Part shown: positions 1-19,312 of the stretch, in pieces
Numbering within the stretch: the stretch's first letter is position 1
Layout: every line of letters starts with the position of its first letter
Origin: the human T2T-CHM13v2.0 reference genome, Homo sapiens
NCBI RefSeq assembly: GCF_009914755.1
Contig: NC_060941.1
Length of the DNA stretch: 64,000 bases
Reading direction: 5' to 3' (one strand)
Notes under the pieces: model-generated
What the model saw: only the letters and a program-made list of their open reading frames with translations
What the model was told of the DNA's origin: nothing
Databases searched by the model: none
Translations under genes and position numbers: made by a program

Positions 1-294
1 AGTATATTGAGTAATGTAGAACCATCTCTGTGGCATTTATCAAAACCTACTTGGCACTATGATCACTTGAGTCTTACTTTTACTCTTCTTACAAAGCTAT
101 AAGCTTCTTGAGGTCAGAGAAGCCTTTTTACTCACTGCAAAGTCTGATACAGGAGCTCACACATACTGAGTAATGGGAAAAAAAAGGGACTTACTTCCAC
201 ATCTAAGAATGTATCCTACATGAATAATTGTGTTGAAATGTCCATATAAAGACATTTCCTGCAGTCATTCATTATTTCAGTTAAGAAATATTTA

Positions 295-1420
<1,126 letters not shown>

Positions 1421-1937
1421 ATGGATGTTTTTGTATAGTGTAATTTTACATCATAGGAAAAATGGAAAATCTAGTCTCTACATATTTTTTAAAAGCCCTG
1501 AGCTTATTTATCTATCTATTTATTAATTTTTAATAAAAGGAAAGTGTAGTTAGGGAAAGTTTTCTAAGAAAGCATAAAAGCAATCTGTTTTCTCAGATAT
1601 TATATAAGGTACACTGAACAACAAAATAGGCAATGCCTTCAACAATTGTTCTGCAACAATTGTTGGAGCTTTCCAAATATAGTCATTTCTTTTAGCAATA
1701 TTAAAGAACAAAAACTAAGGGAATAGCATTGAAACAAAATATGGGACAAGGTTTTGTTTGTGTGTGGACAGCAAAGCTAATGTGTTCCAGATAAACACTT
1801 TTCTGTGGGTCTCATTAGATTTTAAGCTAAAACTGACAGCTGAACTACTACTGTAGATACAAAGATGAAAAAGGCATGGTCCCTGTTCTCAGAGACACCA
1901 CAACTAATTTATGAAGATCTATTATTATTTCCTAAGC

Positions 1938-2076
1938 TTTTATTTGTTTGTTTTTTGTCTTGAGACAGAGTCTCACTGTATCGCCCAGGCTGGTCTCAAA
2001 CTCCTGAGATTGAGCCTGATCTTCCCTCAGCCTCCCAAAGTGCTAGGATTACAGGTATGAGCCACCATGCCTGCCA
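1938..2076 (-). mobile_element. FLAM-type Alu left monomer
   Basis: T-rich tail, then gagacagagtctcactg...caggctggtctcaaactcctg...cctcccaaagtgctaggattacagg...gagccaccatgcc. Confidence 0.85.
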
Positions 2077-2934
2077 ATATTTTCTTATACTTAATTAAAA
2101 TGTATGAATTATTTATATCACAGGCATACCTGTATTTAGTTAAAATATCCAATAGCTTATTAGACAATGTCCATGAAATAAGATTATTTCTATTTATTTT
2201 TTATTAACTGCAATGTTTGTCTAGATGTTTAGACTGATACTAACTTTTCTCAAACTTCTGAACATTGCTAAGTTATTTCTTCCACAAAATTATAATCACA
2301 CATTTCCAAGCTATGTAATTATAGGGTTAAACCCATTAATAGAAATCGTAATTTGTCATTACATATTTAAAATGACCCTAACAAAAGTACAAAAGGGTAA
2401 GCAATAGCCAATAATATATGCTCACAGAGATTAGATTCAAAATGTTATTCATACTCCTTAGAATATTAATTTTGCAAGATACTGAAACACTACAACATTT
2501 GCAAATATTATCCTAGGCATTTGGCACAGAAATTTCATATCCTTGGTAAGATTTTAGCACAGAAATTGGGTTTTAAAGTCTTGTACTTAAGACTGCACGA
2601 TTTCAGGAAGGTTTCATTAATACAAATGATAAACAAATTTATATGGTTGAAAAGCAATAACAAAAAATTTTTCTAAATTTCTGAACAAATTGATATAAAC
2701 CAAATCAGAAAATGTGCTACTCTACCAAACTTGGGTTCCCCGAAACTGTTTCTGCATGCATACGGACTTTTCATTTGACTTGATGATACTCTAAGTGTAT
2801 TAGCCAATATGGCTAATCAGTATATTTTCTTATTCTACTTTGAATGTCCCTTAAGAAGGCAAGAGCATAGTTTGACTATTAGAATACTTGATATGTAGCT
2901 GCAGTTTAGGAGGATACTTTCCCAAACCCTACTT

Positions 2935-4815
2935 TCATTTTTTAAAAGTCAATATTATTGAGCTATAACATATAAAAATAATGCACCCATTGTAAGTACA
3001 TGATTCATTGAATCTAGACAACACATGCAATTGCATAAACATCACTACAATCAAGACATAAAATATGTCCAGCACTTCAGAAAGGCTGCTCATGTTTTTT
3101 TGAGGTTATCCTCACCCTTGGCCCCAGACAATAACTTATCTGCTGTCATCACAGATTGGTTTCATTTCTTTTTGAATTTCACATATAAAATCATACAGCA
3201 TGTACTCTTTTGTGTCTTTTTTGTGTTTTCAGATGTTTTATTATAATTATGCTGTATTAGTCTGTTCTCATGCTGCTATGAAGAAATACCCGAGACTGGG
3301 TAATTTATAAAGAAAAGAGGTTTAATTGCCTCACAGTTCCACATGGCTGGGGAAACCTCAGGAAACTTACAATAATGGCAGAAGGCACCTCTTCACAGGG
3401 TGGCAGGAGAGCAAATGAGTGCCAAACAAAGGGGGAACCCCTTTATAAAACCATCAGATTTCATGAGAACTCAGTGTCATGGAAACACCATGGGGAAACT
3501 GCCTCCATCATCCAATCACTTCCCACTGGGTCCCTCCCACAACATGTGGGTATTATGGGAACTACAATTCGAAATGAGATTTGGGTGGGAAAACAGCCAA
3601 ACCATATCATGTGCCTAGGAATATTTTTGTTTGTATTTATCCTGCTCAGAGCTTTCTAGCTTTTTGAATCTATAAATTTGTGTCTTTGCAAAATTTGGGA
3701 ATTTGAGGGACATTATTTCTTCACATTTTTCTGTCTTGTTTTTTTTCTATCTTCCTCCTTGGACTCAAATTTCACATATGATACAACAAATGTTATGCCT
3801 TTGAGGCTCTGTTCACTTTTTTCAGTATTTTTTCTTTGTCTTCAGATTGAATATTTTCTCCTGTTCATTGATCAAACTTATTGGACTTTTTCTTTGTCAT
3901 TTCCATTTTGCTGTTAAGCTTATTCACTGAGTTTTTTTTTTTAATTTCAAATATTGTATTTTCCAGTTCTAAAAATTCTATTTTTAATATTTCCATTCCT
4001 GAATTTTGTATTTCTATCTTTTTATTCATTCTAAGTATATTTTCCCTTATATTATTGAGCATAATTATAACATCTTCTCTAAAATTTTGTCTAGTAGTTT
4101 CAACATCTTGGCCATTTCAAGATCATTATTTTTCTTACTGGTCTTTTCCCCTAAGAGAATGGTTCCCATTTTTGATTTCTTCTTTTGTTAAGTAAGTTTT
4201 GTATGGTATCCTGGACATATGCATTTAATATTATAGAGACTCTGGATTCTCTTATATTGCCGCATATAGTGTAGATGTATTTGTTCTAGCAAATTGCTTC
4301 GATAAATTTAAACTGCACACTCTTTCTCCTGGGCAGTAGTCCTGATCTCAATTCTGTCCTTTTTGCCTTGCTATGTTACTGAAAGTCTACCACACACAGA
4401 TGTGATTCAGAGGTCATCGATATCTGGGAAGAGTTTATACACTAATTATTGGACTTTCCCTCTGTGGGTCTCCCCAGGATTCCTAACCTGTTTTTCTACA
4501 ACTGTGGTTGCCCTGAACTTTCTCCTCTGTTTCTTTGAGCCAACATGACACCAGACTTTCTTGTAGTTTTATCACCCCATGTGCACACACTGTCATTTCT
4601 CAGGATGGAAGCAAAGAAAATGGGAAACTCCCCCAGTGCCATTCCCTTCCCAGTATCGATTCCTGTGCCCATCTCCACCCCATAGTCTGTCTGCTTTTTG
4701 TCACTCTCCGGTGCCTTTGGGAAGGTTTTGTTATTTATTTTTTATTTTTGGAACAGATTTCATATTTGTTATTTGAGAGAGTGGAGCTTTCTGAGCTATC
4801 CACTGGAAGTGGAAC
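2935..4815 (-). mobile_element. Old L1M LINE fragments (interrupted by a THE1 LTR)
   Basis: T-rich degenerate L1M-like sequence; minus-strand ORF 3865..4062 resembles the ORF1 coiled coil (EILKIEFLELENTIFEIK). Confidence 0.6.
3253..3609 (-). mobile_element. THE1-type MaLR solo LTR
   Basis: tgtattagtctgttctcatgctgct...cagccaaaccatatca termini; 5-bp TSD tatgc/tgtgc. Confidence 0.92.
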
Positions 4816-5334
4816 CCACATTTATTTTAAATGATCAAATTATGGCAGCTTGAGCCCCCACTGATATATCTGATGAATATTCGTTCACCTCAATATCTCT
4901 TTTGGCTATAACAAAAAGTCCTAAAAGTGGTGCCCTAATCATGCTTACGAACCACTGTTGAAACCACTGCCATGTGGTTTTCACTCTACTCCCCCTTTTA
5001 TATACTCAGTGGCTGTAAAGTCCCTTGGTCAAGCTTTGCCACTGTCACTACCTGCCATGTTGTCCCTAAAAGAGTTCCGAACAGAAAGAGACAGATGGCT
5101 TTTATTGCCTTTTTACTTGGAATCCAAAGTAGCTCCATTTGTGCCTAGAGTCACACAAAGAATCTCATTAAATCTGTTTGCCAGATGAGATCAGATACGT
5201 GCAGAGTGACACAGCCATAGGGGTTCTAGCATCACCTCTCTGTCCATATCTCCCGTTTATTTCTAAATTATGGTAATAAATATTAATAAAGCTCAGTAAC
5301 CGAACAATGTGAAGACATGTCTTCACTCTAATGA

Positions 5335-5815
5335 AAGTAATATTAGCTATAATTTATTGAGTTCTTTACCATGTGCTAGGACCTACTTGATATGGTTAGA
5401 GAGTAATACTTAAGAATGTGATCTTTGAAGCTGGATTTTTTGGGTTAATAGTATTACTTTTAATAAGTTGCCAACTCTCTGTGCTTCAGTTTCCCAACTT
5501 GGAAAAGAAAAAAAAAACTGACCAACTTTAGAGTGTGTTATAATGATTAAATGAACAATACAGGCCATCCATTTAGAATTGTGCCAAGTACATAGTGAGC
5601 ACTCAATAAATATTAGCTATTACTGTAATTATGACTGTCACAACAATCCTATGGAATCTATTCTCTTAATTTTTAAATATTTTATAAATGAGAAAACTGA
5701 GACAATAAAAGCTTCCACCACTTGCCCAGGTTCACTTAGTTTTGAAGAAACATAACTTGAATTTTGAGTCAGATGTTCTGGCTCCAGGGTCCAGGTATTT
5801 AACCAGTCTCCTGTT
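5335..5815. mobile_element. Nested MIR SINE fragments
   Basis: MIR core motifs (ctctgtgcttcagtttccc, gattaaatga, aaatgagaaaactgagac) in both orientations. Confidence 0.65.
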
Positions 5816-7040
5816 TTAAACGCAGTCCAAGTAGCTGGTTGCAGGATGAATGCCACACTGTTCTCCCAGTTCTCCCCACTGCACCAAGGTTCACATGTTA
5901 TTAACTGATACGAACAAACACTGGGAAAAGTGGGAAGAGATTTTATCAGGCTCTTGCTCAGCCAACGAAAATTCTCTTGTAACTCCTATGATTAATTGTA
6001 CTAAAAAATCCACTATAACTTTTAAAGATTTAAGGTTTGTTCTAAATCTTCAACTTTTTAGTGTTTTTTTTCATTTGTTTTTAATCTCAGAAAATACATC
6101 AGTGCTGAATCACACAAATAGGTAGATAAATACTGTCTTGGTAAGTTTGATCTTATGATAATATGTTGTTTTTGTAGTAGCATTGCTCAGGTACTGCACT
6201 ATTAATATTTGATTAGCATATTTTAGAAATATATCTCTCTGTGGTTATATGTCACACATAAAAACAAGTAAATATTAAATTTACATACAACTTTAGTTAG
6301 TAGTAAAAATAGAAATAGATTTTATTCATTTTGCCCTCAGCAGATTTATCACTTTTATTAAAGAATTCAAGCTTTCATGTTATGAATTATTAGAATAATA
6401 ATAATCTATGATAGAAAAGGACACAGAAGGTTTGTAATTCTTCCTTACATCAAATTTTGCATAGAAATCCTTTCTGTTATATCATAGGTATATCATCATT
6501 CATCCGCTATTTTAGATTTATCCATTGTTAGAAAGTGTTGATTTTTAAAACATTCTTTCCATATTGAGCTAAAAGCTCAGTTTTTATAAATGTCACTCAT
6601 TAGCTTTAGATGCAGCCATAAGAAAACATGAAAATGAACTCTCTCTTTTATGTTACAGCTATTTAAATACTTAAAAATAATTATCCTTTTTATCCAAATA
6701 TCCTTGGATTAAATAGTCTATATATTATTTCCAGAACTTCCTTAACATATAATAATTGTCTTACATATGAACACATGCTCATCTATTTCTGTTTTAAAAA
6801 GTGGTGAGTAGAACTTAACACAGTACAATGTATATGATCAGATGAGTGCAGAATTCACTAGGTCTATCACCTCTCTTGACCCAGAAACTCTACTTGGATT
6901 AATGCAGTTTCTGAATGCTTTTTTTCTCTTCTACTGCTGACCTTGCCACTAACAAAATATCATTAAAGTTTTCTTACTGCTTTAAATATTATTTAAATAT
7001 TACATCAATCTATAAAAACATACTTCTTTCTAATGTAGGA

Positions 7041-11187
<4,147 letters not shown>

Positions 11188-12278
11188 CTTGGGGGCTCAT
11201 CTGGGATTTCGCCATGTGGTGAGTACCATCGGACCCCTTTTGCTGCTGTTCTGTCCTATTTTTCCTTAGAATTCAGGGGCTAAACACTGGGCACCTGTTG
11301 GCCAGTAAAAAGTGACTAGCACTGCCGTCATACTAAAGACACGGGTGTCAGACTTTCTGGGAAAGGGCTCTTTAACAACCCCCCCCGACTCTTGGGAGCC
11401 GGGAGCATTGGTTTGCTTGGAATCAACTCCTTCTTTTCCTGTACTTCTGGGCTGAGCTGAGGGTTGACAGAGAGGATAGCCATTTAGCTCTGAGGTCCCG
11501 ACAAAAAGTTGGTTGGCCTTGCAGCCGTGAGCAGAACTCTGAAAGTTACATTTCCCAAACAAGACTCGCCCATCTATCCTATCTATCCTGACCCTTGCCT
11601 CCTGGGTCCTAATGCCTGTCAGACAAACTTCCTCCTACCTGTCTTCTTTGAGGCTAGTCCTGCTTCTAAAAACCACTCCCTGTCCCTGGTACCCTTCTAG
11701 TTTCTCCTATAAAAATGATTTCTAGTATAAATTTCAGAACTCTGTTCCCTTCTTTAGGCACCTGGGCTCACCAATTAGAAAGACATAATTTTTGCCCAAA
11801 GCCCATTCTGGGGGTGGGGGAACTATCTGGGAACTATCTGCCTCCTCAGACTAGAAGACCTAACAAAACCTATTCCCAAAGCTAGGATATGGAGAGCCTC
11901 AGAAATTATATCCTTCCTATTCATATGATGAGAAGTGAGGACAAAAGGCATCACTCTTCCAACCCTGCAGATCCCTTACCTCCTTCAGGGTATGGCCCTC
12001 CACTCAATTTTTGTGGTATATCATCTTTATAAGATAAGGGTAAGGTCCCAATACTAACATAAGAAAATGCTTAGGACTCTGACAGGTTTTTGAGAATGCG
12101 TCGGTAAGGGCCACTAAATCCAATTTTTCTCAGTCCTCTTTGTGGTCTAAGAGGAAAGGCAAGGGTGCAGGTTTTTGATAATGCATCAGTAGGGGCCACT
12201 AAATCTGACCTTCCTCAGTCCTCTTTGTGGTCTAGGGGGAAAAATAGTTTTTCTGCTGCTGTTTCAGTGAGTGCAACT
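11188..12278 (+). mobile_element. ERV9/HERV9-like internal leader, truncated (no gag/pol/env, no 3' LTR)
   Basis: PBS, donor GTG|GTGAGT (11216-11224), leader duplication caggtttttga...gtggtct at ~12083 and ~12168; ends abruptly at gtgcaact. Confidence 0.8.
11190..11207 (+). promoter_or_regulatory. Retroviral primer-binding site, tRNA-Pro type
   Basis: tgggggctcatctgggat vs canonical PBS-Pro TGGGGGCTCGTCCGGGAT; both mismatches are CpG transitions; lies just after the LTR end. Confidence 0.85.
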
Positions 12279-12293
12279 CTAACATTCAGGACA

Positions 12294-13391
12294 TAGGCAA
12301 TACCATTCAGGACACAGGCATGGGCAAAGAATTCATGACTAAAACACCAAAGCAATGGCAACAAAAGCCAAAATTGACAAATGGAATCTAATTAAACTAA
12401 AGAGATTCTGCACAGCAAATATATATATATATTCAGAGTGATCAGGCAACCTACGGAAGGGGAGAAAATTTTTGAAATCTATCCATCTGACAAAGGGCTG
12501 ATATTCAAAATCTACAAAGAACTTCAACAAATTTACAAGAAAAATACAAACAACCCCATCAAAAAGTGGGCAGAGGATATGAACAGACACTTCTCAAAAG
12601 AAGACATTTATGCAGCCAACAAACATGAAAAAAAGCTCATCATCACTTGTCATTAGAAAAATGCAGATCAAAACCACAACAAGATACCATGTCACACCAG
12701 TTAGAATGTTGATCATTAAAAAGTCAGGAAACAACAGATGCTAGAGAGGATGTGGAGAAACAGGAACACTTTTACACTGTTGGTGGGACTGTAAATTAGG
12801 TCAACCATTGTGGAAGACAGTATGGCAATTCCTCAAGGATGTAGATAGAAATACCATTTGACTCAGCAATCCCATTACTGGGTATATACCCAAAGGATTA
12901 TAAATCATTCTAATATAAAGACACATGCACATGTATGTTTATTGCAGCACTGTTCACAATAGCAAAGACTTGGAACCAATCCAAATGCCCATCAATGATA
13001 GACTGGATAAAGAAAATATGGCACATACACACTGGAATACTATGCAGCCATAAAAAAGGATGAGTTCGCGTCCTTTGTGGGGACATGGATGAAGCTGGAA
13101 ACCATCATTCTCAGCAAACTAACACAGGAGCAAAAAACCAAACACTGCATGCTGTCACTAATAAGTGGGAGTTGAACAATGAGAACACATGGACATGGTG
13201 GCAGGTGGTACATCACACACCAGGGCCTGTCAGGGGGTAGGGGCAGGGGGAGGATAGCATTAGGAGAAATACCTAGTGTATATGACAGGTTGATGGGTGT
13301 AGCAAACCACCATGTCACGTGTATACCTATGTAACAAACCTGCACATTCTGCACATGTACCCCAGAACTTAAAGTATAATTTTAAAAAAAA
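12294..13391 (+). mobile_element. L1PA 3' part (ORF2 C-terminus, 3'UTR, poly(A))
   Basis: taggcaataccattcaggac...; [22 protein letters not shown]...[18 protein letters not shown]; 3'UTR ends cccagaacttaaagtataat plus A-run. Confidence 0.96.
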
Positions 13392-14003
13392 GCAAGATAC
13401 ACATGTATTACAGCTTTTTACACATAAACTCACTATGCAAAAGTTATAGGAACTTATGTTACTGGTAAATACTGAGTCACAGATATCTAGTCTGAGTTTA
13501 GATTTACCATAATTGTTGACCATACAATGTTTGTAATACTTTATATATGGCTCTACTAATATAAACGTCATTGTCTCACATCCTATTTCTCCTTGTGCCT
13601 ACCTTCCAAATACCAAATAGAATGCTGTAATTTAGGTGAGAAATCAATCACATTTGTCTTGTCAATGTTCTGCAACAGGAACTCTATTAAAGAAGCTAAC
13701 CCTTAACCTTCCTTTGACAGAGGATAATACCAGGCTAATTAACTGAATCATAACAAATCAACTTCTAGTTGGATTGTTTTCCTAAACTGTTTGCAGTAAT
13801 AGAATGAGCTCCTTCTTAGGACATTTGATAAGGTGGGGTAGGAAAATTGAGGCATCAGCTTATTGAGTCCGTAATTATCTCCACATAATTGTATTTTTTG
13901 CCAGCCGCAGTTGCCTACCTTCACTATGCCTGGTTAATTTTACCTTCTGTAGTCTTCTAAAGTGAACTATGTGTTCTAACTTAAGATCCTTGAATTGTGA
14001 CTA

Positions 14004-14028
14004 CACACACACACACACACACACACAC
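14004..14028. repeat. (CA)n microsatellite
   Basis: About 12 AC units. Confidence 0.95.
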
Positions 14029-16039
14029 GTACTTTCCATTACATAATTACATGGGCAGTCCCTATTCATTTTTCTCCTGTTACATCCTTTATTTGAAACG
14101 ACTTCCCATCTTCTCTCCCTAACTGTATTCTACCCTGCTTTTCATGTCCCACTCCTTTGGGGAAAAATCTCATGACAACCCCAGAGTTTCTTAAAATCTG
14201 GGAAGCTAGTTCTCTGGAATAAAGGCAGATAACAGAAGTAGTACATCTTAGAAGTAGTGCAAATAAAGATGCTCCATGTCCTTGCTACCCCTCCTTTCAA
14301 TTTAAAGAGAAAGAGAAAGGAAAGCAGTTAAAAAGACTACTCCACAGTGAAATGAGCAAGTGAGCCATCTTACTTGCTCTATCATTGTACTTGACACCAT
14401 ATCAGCAACACCAAATACAGTGCCTGACACCTCATAGCCAGATAGGTCAGGGGTATCTGACGAACACCTGGAGAATAGATCTTTAGTAAAATGGGTGAAA
14501 TGCAAGTTGGTAAAAAAAAAAAAAAAAGCACCTAATTATCACATTTCCCAGTGTGGACAGTGGTAGTTCAGTGGCAATTAAATTAATATGGGCACAACAA
14601 TTGAATAACTAGTGTATTTAAAAAATTATCTTGCATCCCAAAGGGACTTGCAGGCCTAGAGTGGCTCAGGGAAAGACCTGCTAAACTATTTCTCATGCCA
14701 TGAAAGTTGGTACCATGGGGAAAACTCAGAATTCTTTGCAACTAAGGATATTTTTTTTCCAGAGAATGAAAGTATCGAGGGGGTCTGGAAAATTATCCTC
14801 TAATATATGAAACAGGAACTGAATTTAAACACAGTACTGAAAGTAGACAGACAGTGACTGGAAGACACAGGGAGAAAGATTTTGTTTCAGTATAAAGGGG
14901 CATTGTGTAAAATGTTAGGTGTTTTCCAATGGGGATGTGCTGGAAGGACCTTAAAAAGAGACAACTGCTGGACTAGTGATATGACTCACGAGATATGGTC
15001 CGTTTTTGAGATCCTGTGATGTGTGATTCAGTAAAATTTCTTTCTAGAGAGAAATAATTAGAGGCACTCTACTGTTACATAGAGTGAAATCCTGGCCACT
15101 AATATCAGAGTATCCTTAAGCAATTATTTAAAATGGAGATGTTTTGCTTAATTCAAGGGATGCTACTTAGGCTCTCTTGGGGGAAGAGCCTTGCAATCTG
15201 CATTTAAGCAAGATCCAGACAATCAAATGCTCATTAAAGTCTCAGAATATTCTGTTTAGTGACTGTCAATTTAAGAAAGCATTAGGAGCCATGGGTTCGT
15301 TCTAGCAGGTCATTATCCATCCTTAGCCACTGACATCACTCCTTTGTGCCTCAGATTCTCTGGCCTTTCATACTTCAAAGGCTCGTGCTTAAGAGGAAGA
15401 GAAAATAAGTACAAAAGTCTCAATGCTCCCCAGGTAAGATAGTTTCCATTGGGTGCCATTCATTTTCATCTGCTTTTCATAAATAAACAAATAAGAAAAT
15501 CTGCAAATAATAGTACCACATAGAAAATAATACTTTTTTGCTAAAATGTTATATTATGTAAGCATTCCAGATGCTATTAATATCTGTGGCTATCTTATAA
15601 AATACTCACAATGTCTGTAACACTGAATAGCAAGTGCATAGAAACATCAAAAGAACCTTCACAGTAATACCCAAGCAAAAAATACTTGGCAGTCTAACTT
15701 TCTATGTTTTAACAAGGAGCCCAGGGATGCCTATAACAAACCACTGGATGCTGGCTCAAGTTGAATTGAAATCTTCTTGAAACTTCTGAGACCCTGCTAC
15801 ATCCCTCCCTAACTCCCCATTTGCACCAAGAATCCTAATATTGAACCCTAGCTTCCTAGAAACAGGGATATCCTGTATATTCAGCCCCCATCCTCACTCT
15901 TAGAATACAGTAAACCGTTGTAGGAAAGGACCAGCCTTTGTTTAAGGCCTTTAAAAATCTTCCTGTTGGCTCTGCTTCCCCTTCCCTTAGGGCCAGGGCC
16001 AGATGAGCTGTTACGTAGAGAGAGTGAATCTATGCTATC

Positions 16040-16359
16040 TGATATGGTTTGGGTGTGTGCCTACCCAAATCTCGTCTTGAATTATAGTTCCCATAATCCC
16101 AATGTATCATGGCAGGGACCTGGTGGGAGGTAATTTAATCGTGAGGGAAGTTACCTCCATACTCTTCTCAGTGATAGTGAGTTCTCACAAGATCTGATGG
16201 TTTTATAAAGGGCTTTTCCCCCTTTGCTCGGCACTTCTGCCTCCTGCTGCCTTGTGAAGAAGGATGTGTTTACTCTCCCATCTGCCATGATTGTAAGTTT
16301 CCTGAGGCCTTCCCAGCCTTGGGTATTTCTTCATAGCAGCATGAGAAGGAATTAATACA
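16040..16359 (+). mobile_element. THE1-type MaLR solo LTR with internal deletion
   Basis: tgatatggtttgggtgtgtg...cccaaatctc...ttcatagcagcatgagaa...aataca. Confidence 0.9.
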
Positions 16360-17189
16360 CTAATGCCTGAAGGTAATTTACCCCTCCTTCTGACTTTTAG
16401 GAAAGTCATCCAAATGCCATCTTTCCAGAAGCATTTGTATCTTAAAATGAGATTCTTGAACACCCCATAATTTAAAGGTCTGAGTCTCTACTGATAGGCT
16501 ATTACCATGACAAACCACTGAAACCTCAAATTGAACCAAGTCAAGGGCCACAAACACAGTACACACATAAAGCTGATTCTTCTAGCTGTGCTGTTTTCTT
16601 GGAAATGAGATTCAAGCATGTAGCTGGTGAGATAAGCAGCTGGAGTCTATAGAAAAAGTAAATTGAGTGCTGGGGGAATGGACTTCAAATTCAAGTTGGC
16701 CACAGATTCATGGTGTGACTTTGGACCAGTCTCTTTCTTTCTCCTGGCCTCACTGCCTCCATCTGTAGAATCCGACAGTGGAATTAAACATTCATTACAA
16801 TCTCTCCTAGCTCCAAGCATTTATGGAATTTGCTTTACTCTTTCATGTCCATCTACCTTATGATTATTTTCCTTTAAAAAATGGCCCATAAACATACATT
16901 GTAAGTGAAATGTCTCTTGTGTCCTAATTAGGACATCTAACAGGGTCAATATGGTATTGCCAATGCCTTCACAACTGTATTTTTACATTTTTAATAAAAT
17001 TTGTGTTCAGCTGCCTATCAACATTGTTTTTAGCACTGGATAATGGTTAGGAATATGTTCCAAGATGAAATGGCCATTAAGCCACTTTCTAGATATGAGA
17101 CCTTTTTATTTTGAAATATATAAAAGCTTGTTCTATTATGCCTAAACTGATTACAAATAGAAGGCCATATGAATTTTTTTTAAAAAAGT

Positions 17190-19150
17190 ATTTACCTGAT
17201 CAAAGTAATTCTAAATTTTATGTGGAAAAACAAATATTCCAGGATAAAAGAAATATTTAAACAGAAGAGTAAAAGGGGGAATAATCCCAACAGATGATAA
17301 AATAGATAAATAATAGTTTTAATAGCTTGGTGCTGGCATATGAATATATAGCAATTCAATGGAACAAAATAATTTAGTATATGATAAGCATAGAGTTTCA
17401 GATCAGTGAATTAATACATCAATTACTCAGTAAATTATGTTGAAAGAAGTTGCTAACAACTTTGGGGAAAATAAAGTAAGGTCACTACCTCTTTCCCTAA
17501 ATTGAAATAAATCACAGATGGATAAAAGACTTGACTTAAAAAAAAAAGTAATAAAAACCCAAGTAAAAAATGTGAACAAAAATTTTAGAATTTCAGAGTT
17601 GAGAAGGCCTTTCTACAGCAAAAATGAAACCTGGAATTATAACATAAAATATTCATTATGTAAAGAAAAGGCTGACTATATAAATATTTAAAAGTTTTTA
17701 CAAAGAAGAAATTCAAAAGAGAATGGTAACCTAGGGGAAATTATGCAATATATATGACAGACAAAGAATTAATATCCTCAATATATAAGAAATATCATAA
17801 GTCCAAAAGAAAAGGCAATATAATGTTTAAAGTCACTAGTGGATCATATACAGAAAAAGAAATACAGATAGCTTTTAGACATTTGAAAAGATGTTCAAAT
17901 TTACCTTAAATAAAGTAATATATATTTAATCATTCATCTGATACCATTTTAATCTATCAAACTGTCAAAAATTAAAAGTTTGATATTATAATTTTTTGCC
18001 CAGTCTGTAAGTAAATAGTCATTCTCCTTAATTGTTTAAGAGAATATAAATTAGTACACCCTCCTTGGAAGGTAATTTGATATTAGTTTTCAACATTTAA
18101 AATTCACAAGGTCTTTGATGAAGTATTTCCTTTTCTAGGAATTTACTCTGCAGATATATTTGACACGGGTAAGCAATATCTGAAATAAGAGACTAGAAAT
18201 ATCCTAAATGTGTATGACTAAGGGATTAACTAAATAAATTACAGTGTACTCACACAATGAAATACAATTCAGCCATTTAAAATAACAGATAATGACATAC
18301 AGATTAAATAGATATATAATAATTGCTGTTTTAATTGATATCTAGTTAGAAAAACATAAACCTCTCTAGACAATTCAGCCAGAAAAGGCTTGGGAGAGTT
18401 GAGGGTGACAGAAAGAACAAGGAGCCATTTCCTACAAATTAGGAAGCTGCAGGTGTTGAAAGGGGCAGGAGCAACCAAAGGGACACACGAGTGTTACCCA
18501 AGGACCAAAAGTCAGCTACTGCCTTGGGGCAGAAGCCCTTATACCTTCCCTTGCCAGTGAGCTGCTGAAGGTACTTCCAGAGTAGCTGAGAAGTAGCCCC
18601 TCTTACTGTTGCTATCAAGATTACTAGAGTAACTGTTTCAGAGGCTATTGGAACCACTGCTCTGCCACCCTCATTGTTACTTTACCAATAGTTCTCACCC
18701 ACAGATATGTGCAGCCATTTGTTGCAACCTGCCACTATCACTGCCACTATCAGAGTTATATGTAGAAAATGAGGAGGCAGTGCGAGAAGGAAATGTGTGT
18801 GGAGTATAGTTTTCAGGCTTCAAGACCCATGTAATAAAGAGAACCCCAGAAAAAAGCTAAACACTTACAGACAGCATGTGATGCAATTTCCAAGATGCAA
18901 TGTTGAATGAAAAGATCAAGGTAAAAAACAGTATAAACTTAGTATATTTCTCTTTTTGAAGCATGTGTATGGAAAGAGGAGAGCATCTGTTTCTATATGG
19001 AGAGAACAGAACATGAGAATCTCATAACAGAGGTTGTTTCCAAATTGGAACTGAGGAACTGGAGATAAGAGGTGAGAAAAGACTTTTCATCCTTTTCACT
19101 GACTGTATACTCATTTGTATCACTTGAATTTTTGACATGAGCACAAATTG
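17190..19150 (+). mobile_element. Old L1M (L1ME/MD-like) ORF2/3' fragments
   Basis: A-rich degenerate L1 ORF2 motifs (ttctaaattttatgtggaa, tggtgctggcat, tctaggaatttactc). Confidence 0.6.
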
Positions 19151-19312
19151 CTTTAAAAAGAGAACTTTATTTCCAAAAGAGAAATCATTGTCATAATAAA
19201 TAATAAAACACACTTTCTCCTACAACTATTTTTTCACTTGAAAATATTGCCTTTTTTAGGGCTTCTAGAGGAACTTAAAATATAGAACTTCTTTTTTTGT
19301 TGTGGTTAATAA

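Noticed and set aside
12083-12240. ~86-bp tandem duplication
   Set aside because: Diverged copies that I recall as a normal part of the ERV9 leader, not a local event.
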